DNA of 64,000 bases from Eledone cirrhosa (lineage: Eukaryota): the NCBI GenBank assembly GCA_964016885.1, contig OZ024751.1, positions 9,858,001-9,922,000 on the forward strand, read 5' to 3'. Positions within the stretch are counted from its first letter, which is position 1; every line of letters starts with the position of its first letter. A program made the translations under genes and the position numbers. This document shows, one piece after another, positions 49,901 through 62,516 of the stretch. The notes below the pieces were generated by a model that saw nothing but the letters and a program-made list of their open reading frames with translations, made no database searches and was not told where the DNA came from.

Positions 49901-52900
49901 TTGTCGTTGTTGGTGTTACTGTTGTTGGTATTGGTGTTACTGTTGTTGGTGTTGTTGGTGTTACTGTTGTTGGTGTTATTGGTGTTACTGTTGTTGGTGT
50001 TGGTGTTGCTGTTGTTGGTGTTACTGTTGTTGGTGTTGTTGGTGTTAGTGTTGTTGGTGTTGTTGGTGTTACTGTTATTGGTGTTGTTGGTTTACTGTTG
50101 TGGGTGTTGTTGGTGTTACTGTTGTTGGTGTTGGTGTGGCTGTTGTTGGTGTTGATGTTACTGTTGTTGGTATTGGTGTTACTGTTGTTGTTGTTGTTGG
50201 TGTTACTGTTGTTGGTGTTGTTGGTGTTACTGTTGTTGGTGGTGGTGTTGCTGTTGTTGGTGTTGGTGTTACTGTTGTTGTTGTTGTTGGTGTTACTGTT
50301 TTTGGTGTTGGTGTTACTGTTGTTGGTGTTGGTGTTACTGTTGTTGGTATTGGTGTTACTGTTGTTGGTGTTGTTGGTGTTACTGTTGTTTGTTTGTTGG
50401 TGTTACTGTTGTTGGTGTTGGTGTTGCTGTTGTTGATGTTGGTGTTACTGTTGTTGGTGTTGTTGGTGTTACTGTTGTTGGTGTTGTTGGTTTACTGTTG
50501 TTGGTGTTGTTGGTGTTACTGTTGTTGGTGTTGTTGGTGTTACTGTTGTTGGTGTTGGTGTTGCTGTTGTTGGTGTTGGTGTTACTTTTGTTGGTGTTGG
50601 TGTTGCTGTTGTTGGTGTTGTTGGTGTTACTGTTGTTAGTGTTGTTGGTGTTACTGTTGCTGGTGTTGTTGGTGTTACTGTTGTTGGTGTTGGTGTTGCT
50701 GTTGTTGGTGTTGTTGGTGTTACTGTTGCTGGTGTTGTTGGTGTTACTGTTGTTGGTGTTGGTGTTGCTGTTGTTAGTTGTTGGTGTTACTGTTGTTGGT
50801 GTTGTTGGTGTTACTGTTGTTGGTGTTACTGTTGTTGGTGTTGTTGGTGTTACTGTTGTTGGTGTTGTTGGTGTTGTTGGTGTTGCTGTTGTTGGTGTTG
50901 GTGTTACTGTTGTTGGTGTTGTTGGTGTTACTGTTGTTGGTGTTGGTGTTACTGTTGTTGGTGTTGGTGTTACTGTTGTTAGTGTTGTTGGTGTTACTGT
51001 TGTCGGTGTTACTGTTGTTGGTGTTGTTGGTGTTACTGTTGTTGGTGTTGTTGGTGTTGCTGTTGTTGGTGTTGGTGTTACTGTTGTTGGTGTTGTTGGT
51101 GTTGCTGTTGTTGGTGTTGGTGTTACTGTTGTTGGTGTTGGTGTTGCTGTTGTTGGTGTTGGTGTTACTGTTGTTGGTGTTGTTGGTGTTACTGTTGTTG
51201 GTGTTGTTGGTGTTACTGTTGTTGGTGTTGGTGTTGCTGTTGTTGGTGTTGGTGTTTCTGTTGTTGGTGTTGTTGGTGTTACTGTTGTTGGTGTTGTTGG
51301 TGTTACTGTTGCTGGTGTTGTTGGTGTTACTGTTGTTGGTGTTACTGTTGTTGGTGTTACTGTTGTTGCTGTTGTTGGTGTTGGTGTTACTGTTGTTGGT
51401 GTTGTTGGTGTTACTGTTGTTGGTGTTGGTGTTGCTGTTGTTGGTATTGGTGTTACTGTTGTTGGTGTTGTTGGTGTTACTGTTGTTGGTGTTGTTGGTG
51501 TTACTGTTGTTGGTGTTGGTGTTGCTGTTGTTGGTGTTGTTGGTGTTACTTTTGTTGGTGTTGGTGTTACTGTTGTTGGTGTTGTTGGTGTTACTGTTGT
51601 TGGTGTTGGTGTTACTGTTGTTGGTATTGTTGGTGTTACTGTTGTTGGTGTTGTTGGTGTTACTGTTGTTGTTGTTGGTGGTGTTACTGTTGTTGGTGTT
51701 GGTGTTACTGTTGTTGGTGTTGTTGGTGTTACTGTTGTCGTTGTTGTTGGTGTTACTGTTGTTGGTGTTGGTGTTTCTGTTGTTGGTGTTGGTGTTACTG
51801 TTGTTGGTGTTGTTGGTGTTACTGTTGTTGGTGTTGTTGGTGTTACTGTTGTTGGTGTTGTTGGTGTTACTGTTGTTGGTGTTGGTGTTGCTGTTGTTGG
51901 TGTTGGTGTTACTGTTGTTGGTGTTGTTGGTGTTACTGTTGTTGGTGTTGTTGGTGTTACTGTCGTTGGTGTTGGTGTTGCTGTTGTTGGTGTTGTTGGT
52001 GTTACTGTTGTTGGTGTTGGTGTTACTGTTGTTGGTGTTGTTGGTGTTACTGTTGTTGGTGTTGGTGTTACTGTTGTTGGTATTGTTGGTGTTACTGTTG
52101 TTGGTGTTGTTGGTGTTACTGTTGTTGTTGTTGGTGGTGTTACTGTTGTTGGTGTTGCTGTTACTGTTGTTGGTGTTGTTGGTGTTACTGTTGTTGTTGT
52201 TGTTGGTGTTACTGTTGTTGGTGTTGGTGTTACTGTTGTTGGTGTTGTTGGTGTTACTGTTGTTGTTGTTGGTGGTGTTACTGTTGTTGGTGTTGGTGTT
52301 ACTGTTGTTGTTATTGGTGTTACTGTTGTTGTTGTTGTTGGTGTTACTGTTGTTGGTGTTGTTGGTGTTACTGTTGTTGGTGTTGTTGGTGTTACTGTTG
52401 TTGGTGTTGTTGGTGTTACTGTTGTTGGTGTTGGTGTTGCTGTTGTTGGTGTTGTTGGTGTTACTGTTGTTGGTGTTGTTGGTGTTACTGTTGTTGGTGT
52501 TGTTGGTGTTACTGTTGTTGGTGTTGTTGGTGTTACTGTTGTTGTTGTTGTTGCTGTTACTGTTGTTGGTGTTGGTGTTACTGTTGTTGGTGTTGTTGGT
52601 GTTACTGTTGTTGTTGTTGGTGTTACTGTTGTTGGTGTTGGTGTTGCTCTTGTTGGTGTTGTTGGTGTTACTGTTGTTGTTGGTGGTGGTGTTACGGTTG
52701 TTGGTGTTGGTGTTGCTGTTGTTGGTGTTGGTGTTACTGTTGTTGGTATTGTTGCTGTTACTGTTGTTGGTGTTGGTGTTACTGTTGTTGGTGTTGTTGG
52801 TGTTACTGTTGTTGGTATTGGTGTTACTGTTGTTGGTGTTGTTGGTGTTGTTACTGTTGTTGGTGTTGTTGGTGTTACTGTTGTTGGTGTTGTTGGTGTT

Positions 52901-55900
52901 ACTGTTGTTGGTGTTGTTGGTGTTACTGTTGTTGGTGTTGGTGTTGCTGTTGTTGGTGTTGGTGTTACTGTTGTTGTTGTTGTTGGTGTTGCTGTTGTTG
53001 ATGTTGTTGGTGTTACTGTTGTTGGTATTAGTGTTACTGTTGTTGGTGTTGGTGGTGTTACTGTTGTTGGTGTTGTTGATGTTATTGTTGTTGGTGTTGT
53101 TGGTGTTACTGTTGTTGGTGTTATTGGTGTTACTGTTGTTGGTGTTGTTGGTGTTACTCTTGTTGGTGTTGTTAGTGTTACTGTTGTTGGTGTTATTAGT
53201 GTTACTGTTGTTGTTGTTGTTGGTGTTACTGCTGTTGGTGTTGTTGGTGTTACTGTTGTTGGTGTTGTTGGTGTTACTGTTGTTGGTGTTGTTGGTGTTA
53301 CTGTTGCTGGTGTTGTTGCTGTTACTGTTGTTGTTGTTGTTGGTGTTACTGTTGTTGGTGTTGTTGGTGTTACTGTTGTTGGTGTTGTTGGTGTTACTGT
53401 TGTTGGTGTTGTTAGTGTTACTGTTGTTGGTGTTGTTGGTGTTACTGTTGTTGGTGTTATTGGTGTTACTGTTGTTGGTGTTGTTGGTGTTACTGTTGTT
53501 GGTGTTATTGGTGTTACTGTTGTTGGTGTTGGTGTTACTGTTGTTGGTGTTGTTAGTGTTACTGTTGTTGGTGTTGTTGGTGTTACTGTTGTTGGTGTTA
53601 TTGGTGTTACTGTTGCTGGTGTTGTTGGTGTTACTGTTGTTGGTGTTATTGGTGTTACTGTTGTTGGTGTTGGTGTTACTGTTGTTGGTGTTGTTGGTGT
53701 TACTGTTGTTGGTGTTGTTGGTGTTACTGTTGTTGGTGTTGTTGGTGTTACTGTTGTTGGTGTTGGTGTTGCTGTTGTTGGTGTTGGTGTTACTGTTGTT
53801 GGTATTGGTGTTACTGTTGTTGGTGTTGTTGGTGTTACTGTTGTTGGTGTTGTTGGTGTTACTGTTGTTGGTGTTGTTGGTGTTACTGTTGTTGGTGTTG
53901 GTGTTACTGTTGTTGGTATTGGTGTTACTGTTGTTGGTGTTGTTGGTGTTACTGTTGTTGGTGTTGTTGGTGTTACTGTTATTGGTGTTGTTGGTTTACT
54001 GTTGTGGGTGTTGTTGGTGTTACTGTTGTTGGTGTTGGTGTGGCTGTTGTTGGTGTTGATGTTACTGTTGTTGGTATTGGTGTTACTGTTGTTGTTGTTG
54101 TTGGTGTTACTGTTGTTGGTGTTGTTGGTGTAAATGTTGTTGGTGGTGGTGTTGCTGTTGTTGGTGTTGGTGTTACTGTTGTTGTTGTTGTTGGTGTTAC
54201 TGTTTTTGGTGTTGGTGTTACTGTTGTTGGTGTTGGTGTTACTGTTGTTGGTATTGGTGTTACTGTTGTTGGTGTTGTTGGTGTTACTGTTGTTTGTTTG
54301 TTGGTGTTACTGTTGTTGGTGTTGGTGTTGCTGTTGTTGATGTTGGTGTTACTGTTGTTGGTGTTGTTGCTGTTACTGTTGTTGGTGTTGTTGGTTTACT
54401 GTTGTTGGTGTTGTTGGTGTTAGTGTTGTTGGTGTTGTTGGTGTTACTGTTGTTGGTGTTGGTGTTGCTGTTGTTGGTGTTGGTGTTACTTTTGTTGGTG
54501 TTGGTGTTGCTGTTGTTTTTGTTGTTGGTGTTACTGTTGTTAGTGTTGTTGGTGTTACTGTTGCTGGTGTTGTTGGTGTTACTGTTGTTGGTGTTGGTGT
54601 TGCTGTTGTTGGTGTTGTTGGTGTTACTGTTGCTGGTGTTGTTGGTGTTACTGTTGTTGGTGTTGGTGTTGCTGTTGTTAGTTGTTGGTGTTACTGTTGT
54701 TGGTGTTGTTGGTGTTACTGTTGTTGGTGTTACTGTTGTTGGTGTTGTTGGTGTTACTGTTGTTGGTGTTGTTGGTGTTGTTGGTGTTGCTGTTGTTGGT
54801 GTTGGTGTTACTGTTGTTGGTGTTGTTGGTGTTACTGTTGTTGGTGTTGGTGTTACTGTTGTTGGTGCTGGTGTTACTGTTGTTGGTGTTGTTGGTGTTA
54901 CTGTTGTTGGTGTTACTGTTGTTGGTGTTGTTGGTGTTACTGTTCTTGGTGTTGTTGGTGTTGCTGTTGTTGGTGTTGGTGTTACTGTTGTTGGTGTTGT
55001 TGGTGTTGCTGTTGTTGGTGTTGGTGTTACTGTTGTTGGTGTTGGTGTTGCTGTTGTTGGTGTTACTGTTGTTGGTGTTACTGTTGTTGGTGTTGTTGGT
55101 GTTACTGTTGTTGGTGTTGGTGATGCTGTTGTTGGTGTTGGTGTTACTGTTGTTGGTGTTGTTGGTGTTACTGTTGTTGGTGTTGTTGGTGTTACTGTTG
55201 CTGGTGTTGTTGGTGTTACTGTTGTTGGTGTTACTGTTGTTGCTGTTACTGTTGTTGCTGTTGTTGGTGTTGGTGTTACTGTTGTTGGTGTTGTTGGTGT
55301 TACTGTTGTTGGTGTTGGTGTTGCTGTTGTTGGTATTGGTGTTACTGTTGTTGGTGTTGTTGGTGTTACTGTTGTTGGTGTTGTTGGTGTTACTGTTGTT
55401 GGTGTTGGTGTTGCTGTTGTTAGTGTTGTTGGTGTTACTTTTGTTGGTGTTGGTGTTACTGTTGTTGGTGTTGTTGGTGTTACTGTTGTTGGTGTTGGTG
55501 TTACTGTTGTTGGTATTGTTGGTGTTACTGTTGTTGGTGTTGTTGGTGTTACTGTTGTTGTTGTTGGTGGTGTTACTGTTGTTGGTGTTGGTGTTACTGT
55601 TGTTGGTGTTGTTGGTGTTACTGTTGTTGTTGTTGTTGGTGTTACTGTTGTTGGTGTTGGTGTTACTGTTGTTGGTGTTGTTGGTGTTACTGTTGTTGTT
55701 GTTGGTGGTGTTACTGTTGTTGGTGTTGGTGTTACTGTTGTTGGTATTGGTGTTACTGTTGTTGTTGATTTTGGTGTTACTGTTGTTGGTGTTGTTGGTG
55801 TTACTGTTGTTGGTGTTATTGGTGTTACTGTTGTTGGTGTTGTTGGTGTTACTGTTGTTGGTGTTGTTGGTGTTACTGTTGTTGGTGTTGCTGGTGTTAC

Positions 55901-58900
55901 TGTTGTTGGTGTTGGTGTTCCTGTTGTTGGTGTTGGTGTTACTGTTGTTGGTGTTGTTGGTGTTACTGTTGTTGGTGTTGTTGGTGTTACTGTTGTTGTT
56001 GTTGTTGTTGTTGGTTTAGTGTTGTTGGTGTTGGTGTTACTGTTGTTGGTGTTGTTGGTGTTACTGTTGTTGTTGTTGTTGGTGTTACTGTTGTTGGTGT
56101 TGGTGTCGCTGTTGTTGGTGTTGTTGGTGTTACTGTTGTTGTTGGTGGTGGTGTTACGGTTGTTCGTGTTGGTGTTACTGTTGTTGGTATTGGTGTTACT
56201 GTTGTTGGTGTTGTTGGTGTTACTGTTGTTGGTGTTGGTGTTACTGTTGTTGGTGTTGGTGTTACTGTTGTTGGTGTTGTTGGTGTTACTGTTGTTGGTG
56301 TTGTTGGTGTTACTGTTGTTGGTGTTGTTGGTGTTACTGTTGTTGGTGTTGGTGTTGCTGTTGTTGGTGTTGGTGTTACTGTTGTTGGTATTGTTGCTGT
56401 TACTGTTGTTGGTGTTGGTGTTACTGTTGTTGGTGTTGTTGGTGTTACTGTTGTTGGTATTGGTGTTACTGTTGTTGGTGTTGTTGGTGTTACTGTTGTT
56501 GGTGTTGGTGTTACTGTTGTTGGTGTTGTTGGTGTTACTGTTGTTGGTATAGGTGTTACTGTTGTTGGTGGTGTTGGTGTTACTGTTGTTGTCGTTGTTG
56601 GTGTTACTGTTGTTGGTGTTGGTGTTACTGTTGTTGGTATTGGTATTACTGTTGTTGGTGTTGTTGGTGTTACTGTTGTTGGTGTTATTGGTGTTACTGT
56701 TGTTGGTGTTGGTGTTGCTGTTGTTGGTGTTACTGTTGTTGGTGTTGTTGGTGTTACTGTTGTTGGTATTGGTGTTACTGTTGATGGTGGTGTTGGTGTT
56801 ACTGTTGTTGTCGTTGTTGGTGTTACTGTTGTTGGTGTTGGTGTTACTGTTGTTGGTATTGGTGTTACTGTTGTTGGTGTTGTTGGTGTTACTGTTGTTG
56901 GTGTTGTTGGTGTTACTGTTGTTGGTTTTGTTTGCGTTACTGTTGTTGGTGTTGTTGCTGTTACTGTTGTTAGTGTTGTTGGTGTTACTGTTGTTGTTGT
57001 TGGTGTTGTTACTGTTGTTGGTGTTGTTGGTGTTACTGTTGTTGGTGTTGTTGGTGTTACTGTTGGTGTTGTTGGTGTTACTGTTGTTGGTGTTATTGGT
57101 GTTACTGTTGTTGGTGCTGTTGGTGTTACTGTTGGTGTTTTTGGTGTTACTGTTGTTGGTGTTATTGGTGTTACTGTTGTTGGTGTTGTTGGTGTTACTG
57201 TTGTTGGTGTTGTTGAGGTTCCTGTTGTTGGTGTTGTTGGTGTTACTGTTGTTGGTGTTGTTGGTGTTGTTACTGTTGTTGGTGCTGTTGGTGTTACTGT
57301 TGTTGGTGTTGTTGGTGTTACTGTTGTTGGTGTTGTTGGTGTTACTGTTGTTGGTGTTGGTGTTGCTGTTGTTGGTGTTGGTGTTACTGTTGTTGTTTTT
57401 GGTGGTGTTGCTGTTGTTGGTGTTGTTGATGTTACTGTTGTTGGTATTGGTGTTACTGTTGTTGGTGTTGTTGGTGTTACTGTTGTTGGTGTTGTTGTTG
57501 GTGTTACTGTTGTTGGTGTTGTTGGTGTTACTGTTGTTGGTGTTGTTGGTGTTACTGTTGTTGGTGTTGTTGGTGTTACTGTTGTTGGTGTTACTGTTGT
57601 TGGTGTTGTTGGTTTACTGTTGTTGGTGTTGTTGGTGTTACTGTTGTTGTTGTTGTTGGTGTAACTGTTGTTGGTGTTGTTGGTGTTATTGTTGTTGGTG
57701 TTGTTGGTGTTACTGTTGTTGGTTTTATTGGTGTTACTGTTGTTGGTGTTGTTGGTGTTACTGTTGTTGGTGTTGTTAGTGTTACTGTTGTTGCTGTTAT
57801 TAGTGTTACTGTTGTTGTTGTTGTTGTTGGTGGTGTTGTTGGTGTTACTGTTGCTGGTGTTGTTGGTGTTACTGTTGTTGGTGTTGTTGGTGTTACTGTT
57901 GTTGGTGTTGTTGGTGTTGTTGGTGTTACTGCTGTTGGTGTTGTTGGTGTTACTGTTGGTGTTGTTGGTGTTACTGTTATTGGTGTTGTTGGTGTTACTG
58001 TTGTTGGTGTTGTTGGTGTTACTGTTGTTGGTGTTGTTGGTGTTACTGTTGCTGGTCTTGTTGCTGTTACTGTTGTTGGTGTTGTTGGTGTTACTGTTGC
58101 TGGTCTTGTTGCTGTTACTGTTGTTGGTGTTGTTGTTGTTACTGTTGTTGATGTTGTTAGTGTTACTGTTGTTGGTGTTGTTGGTGTTACTGTTGTTGGT
58201 GTTATTGGTGTTACTGTTGTTGGTGTTGTTGGTGTTACTGTTGTTGGTGTTATTGGTGTTACTGTTGTTGGTGTTGTTGGTGTTACTGTTGTTGGTGTTG
58301 TTGGTGTTGTTACTGTTGTTGGTGTTGTTGGTGTTACTGTTGTTGGTGTTGTTGGTGTTACTGTTGTTGGTGTTGTTGGTGTTACTGTTGTTGGTTTTGT
58401 TTGCGTTACTGTTGTTGGTGTTGTTGCTGTTACTGTTGTTAGTGTTGTTGGTGTTACTGTTGTTGTTGTTGGTGTTGTTACTGTTATTGGTGTTGTTGGT
58501 GTTACTGTTGTTGGTGTTGTTGGTGTTACTGTTGGTGTTGTTGGTGTTACTGTTGTTGGTGTTATTGGTGTTACTGTTGTTGGTGCTGTTGGTGTTACTA
58601 TTGGTGTTTTTGGTGTTACTGTTGTTGGTGTTATTGGTGTTACTGTTGTTGGTGTTGTTGGTGTTACTGTTGTTGGTGTTGTTGAGGTTCCTGTTGTTGG
58701 TGTTGTTGGTGTTGTTGGTGTTGTTACTGTTGTTGGTGCTGTTGGTGTTACTGTTGTTGGTGTTGTTGGTGTTACTGTTGTTCGTGTTGTTGGTGTTACT
58801 GTTGTTGGTGTTGGTGTTGCTGTTGTTGGTGTTGGTGTTACTGTTGTTGTTGTTGGTGGTGTTGCTGTTGTTGGTGTTGTTGATGTTACTGTTGTTGGTA

Positions 58901-61900
58901 TTGGTGTTACTGTTGTTGGTGTTGTTGGTGTTACTGTTGTTGGTGTTGTTGTTGGTGTTACTGTTGTTGGTGTTGTTGGTGTTACTGTTGTTGGTGTTGT
59001 TGGTGTTACTGTTGTTGGTGTTGTTGGTGTTACTGTTGTTGGTTTTATTGGTGTTACTGTTGTTGGTGTTGTTGGTGTTACTGTTGTTGGTGTTGTTAGT
59101 GTTACTGTTGTTGGTGTTATTAGTGTTACTGTTGTTGTTGTTGTTGTTGGTGGTGTTGTTGGTGTTACTGTTGCTGGTGTTGTTGGTGTTACTGTTGTTG
59201 GTGTTGTTGGTGTTACTGTTGTTGGTGTTGTTGGTGTTGTTGGTGTTACTGCTGTTGGTGTTGTTGGTGTTACTGTTGGTGTTGTTGGTGTTACTGTTAT
59301 TGGTGTTGTTGGTGTTACTGTTGTTGGTGTTGTTGGTGTTACTGTTGTTGGTGTTGTTGGTGTTACTGTTGCTGGTCTTGTTGCTGTTACTGTTGTTGGT
59401 GTTGTTGGTGTTACTGTTGTTGGTGTTGTTGGTGTTACTGTTGTTGGTGTTGTTGGTGTTACTGTTGTTGGTGTTGGTGTTACTGTTGTTGGTGCTGGTG
59501 TTACTGTTGTTGGTGTTGTTGGTGTTACTGTTGTTGGTGTTGTTGGTGTTACTGTTCTTGGTGTTGTTGGTGTTGCTGTTGTTGGTGTTGGTGTTACTGT
59601 TGTTGGTGTTGTTGGTGTTGCTGTTGTTGGTGTTGGTGTTACTGTTGTTGTTGTTGGTGTTGCTGTTGTTGGTGTTACTGTTGTTGGTGTTACTGTTGTT
59701 GGTGTTGTTGGTGTTACTGTTGTTGGTGTTGGTGTTGCTGTTGTTGGTGTTGGTGTTACTGTTGTTGGTGTTGTTGGTGTTACTGTTGTTGGTGTTGTTG
59801 GTGTTACTGTTGCTGGTGTTGTTGGTGTTACTGTTGTTGGTGTTACTGTTGTTGGTGTTACTGTTGTTGCTGTTGTTGGTGTTGGTGTTACTGTTGTTGG
59901 TGTTGTTGGTGTTACTGTTGTTGGTGTTGGTGTTGCTGTTGTTGGTATTGGTGTTACTGTTGTTGGTGTTGTTGGTGTTACTGTTGTTGGTGTTGTTGGT
60001 GTTACTGTTGTTGGTGTTGGTGTTGCTGTTGTTAGTGTTGTTGGTGTTACTTTTGTTGGTGTTGGTGTTACTGTTGTTGGTGTTGTTGGTGTTACTGTTG
60101 TTGGTGTTGGTGTTACTGTTGTTGGTATTGTTGGTGTTACTGTTGTTGGTGTTGTTGGTGTTACTGTTGTTGTTGTTGGTGGTGTTACTGTTGTTGGTGT
60201 TGGTGTTACTGTTGTTGGTGTTGTTGGTGTTACTGTTGTTGTTGTTGTTGGTGTTACTGTTGTTGGTGTTGGTGTTACTGTTGTTGGTGTTGTTGGTGTT
60301 ACTGTTGTTGTTGGTGGTGGTGTTACTGTTGTTGGTGTTGGTGTTACTGTTGTTGGTATTGGTGTTACTGTTGTTGTTGATTTTGGTGTTACTGTTGTTG
60401 GTGTTTGTGTTACTGTTGTTGGTGTTGGTGTTACTGTTGTTGGTGTTGTTGGTGTTACTGTTGTTGGTGTTGTTGGTGTTACTGTTGTTGGTGTTGCTGG
60501 TGTTACTGTTGTTGGTGTTGGTGTTCCTGTTGTTGGTGTTGGTGTTACTGTTGTTGGTGTTGTTGGTGTTACTGTTGTTGGTGTTGTTGGTGTTACTGTT
60601 GTTGGTGTTGTTGGTGTTACTGTTGTTGGTGTTGTTGGTGTTACTGTTGTTGTTGTTGTTGTTGTTGTTGGTTTAGTGTTGTTGGTGTTGGTGTTACTGT
60701 TGTTGGTGTTGTTGGTGTTACTGTTGTTGTTGTTGTTGGTGTTACTGTTGTTGGTGTTGGTGTTGCTGTTGTTGGTGTTGTTGGTGTTACTGTTGTTGTT
60801 GGTGGTGGTGTTACGGTTGTTCGTGTTGGTGTTACTGTTGTTGGTATTGATGTTACTGTTGTTGGTGTTGTTGGTGTTACTGTTGTTGGTGTTGGTGTTA
60901 CTGTTGTAGGTGTTGGTGTTACTGTTGTTGGTGTTGTTGGTGTTACTGTTGTTGGTGTTGTTGGTGTTACTGTTGTTGGTGTTGTTGGTGTTACTGTTGT
61001 TGGTGTTGGTTTTGCTGTTGTTGGTGTTGGTGTTACTGTTGTTGGTATTGTTGCTGTTTCTGTTGTTGGTGTTGGTGTTACTGTTGTTGGTGTTGTTGGT
61101 GTTACTGTTGTTGGTATTGGTGTTACTGTTGTTGGTGTTGTTGGTGTTACTGTTGTTGGTGTTGGTGTTACTGTTGTTGGTGTTGTTGGTGTTACTGTTG
61201 TTGGTATAGGTGTTACTGTTGTTGGTGGTGTTGGTGTTACTGTTGTTGTCGTTGTTGGTGTTACTGTTGTTGGTGTTGGTGTTACTGTTGTTGGTATTGG
61301 TATTACTGTTGTTGGTGTTGTTGGTGTTACTGTTGTTGGTGTTATTGGTGTTACTGTTGTTGGTGTTGGTGTTGCTGTTGTTGGTGTTACTGTTGTTGGT
61401 GTTGTTGGTGTTACTGTTGTTGGTATTGGTGTTACTGTTGTTGGTGGTGTTGGTGTTACTGTTGTTGTCGTTGTTGGTGTTACTGTTGTTGGTGTTGGTG
61501 TTACTGTTGTTGGTATTGGTGTTACTGTTGTTGGTGTTGTTGGTGTTACTGTTGTTGGTGTTGTTGGTGTTACTGTTGTTGGTTTTGTTTGCGTTACTGT
61601 TGTTGGTGTTGTTGCTGTTACTGTTGTTAGTGTTGTTGGTGTTACTGTTGTTGTTGTTGGTGTTGTTACTGTTGTTGGTGTTGTTGGTGTTACTGTTGTT
61701 GGTGTTGTTGGTGTTACTGTTGGTGTTGTTGGTGTTACTGTTGTTGGTGTTATTGGTGTTACTGTTGTTGGTGCTGTTGGTGTTACTGTTGGTGTTTTTG
61801 GTGTTACTGTTGTTGGTGTTATTGGTGTTACTGTTGTTGTTGTTGTTGGTGTTACTGTTGTTGGTGTTGTTGAGGTTCCTGTTGTTGGTGTTGTTGGTGT

Positions 61901-62484
61901 TACTGTTGTTGGTGTTGTTGGTGTTGTTACTGTTGTTGGTGCTGTTGGTGTTACTGTTGTTGGTGTTGTTGGTGTTACTGTTGTTGGTGTTGTTGGTGTT
62001 ACTGTTGTTGGTGTTGGTGTTGCTGTTGTTGGTGTTGGTGTTACTGTTGTTGTTTTTGGTGGTGTTGCTGTTGTTGGTGTTGTTGATGTTACTGTTGTTG
62101 GTATTGGTGTTACTGTTGTTGGTGTTGTTGGTGTTACTGTTGTTGGTGTTGTTGTTGGTGTTACTGTTGTTGGTGTTGTTGGTGTTACTGTTGTTGGTGT
62201 TGTTGGTGTTACTGTTGTTGGTGTTGTTGGTGTTACTGTTGTTGGTGTTGTTGGTGTTACTGTTGTTGGTGTTACTGTTGTTGGTGTTGTTGGTTTACTG
62301 TTGTTGGTGTTGTTGGTGTTACTGTTGTTGTTGTTGTTGGTGTAACTGTTGTTGGTGTTGTTGGTGTTATTGTTGTTGGTGTTGTTGGTGTTACTGTTGT
62401 TGGTTTTATTGGTGTTACTGTTGTTGGTGTTGTTGGTGTTACTGTTGTTGGTGTTGTTAGTGTTACTGTTGTTGGTGTTATTAG

Positions 62485-62516
<32 letters not shown>

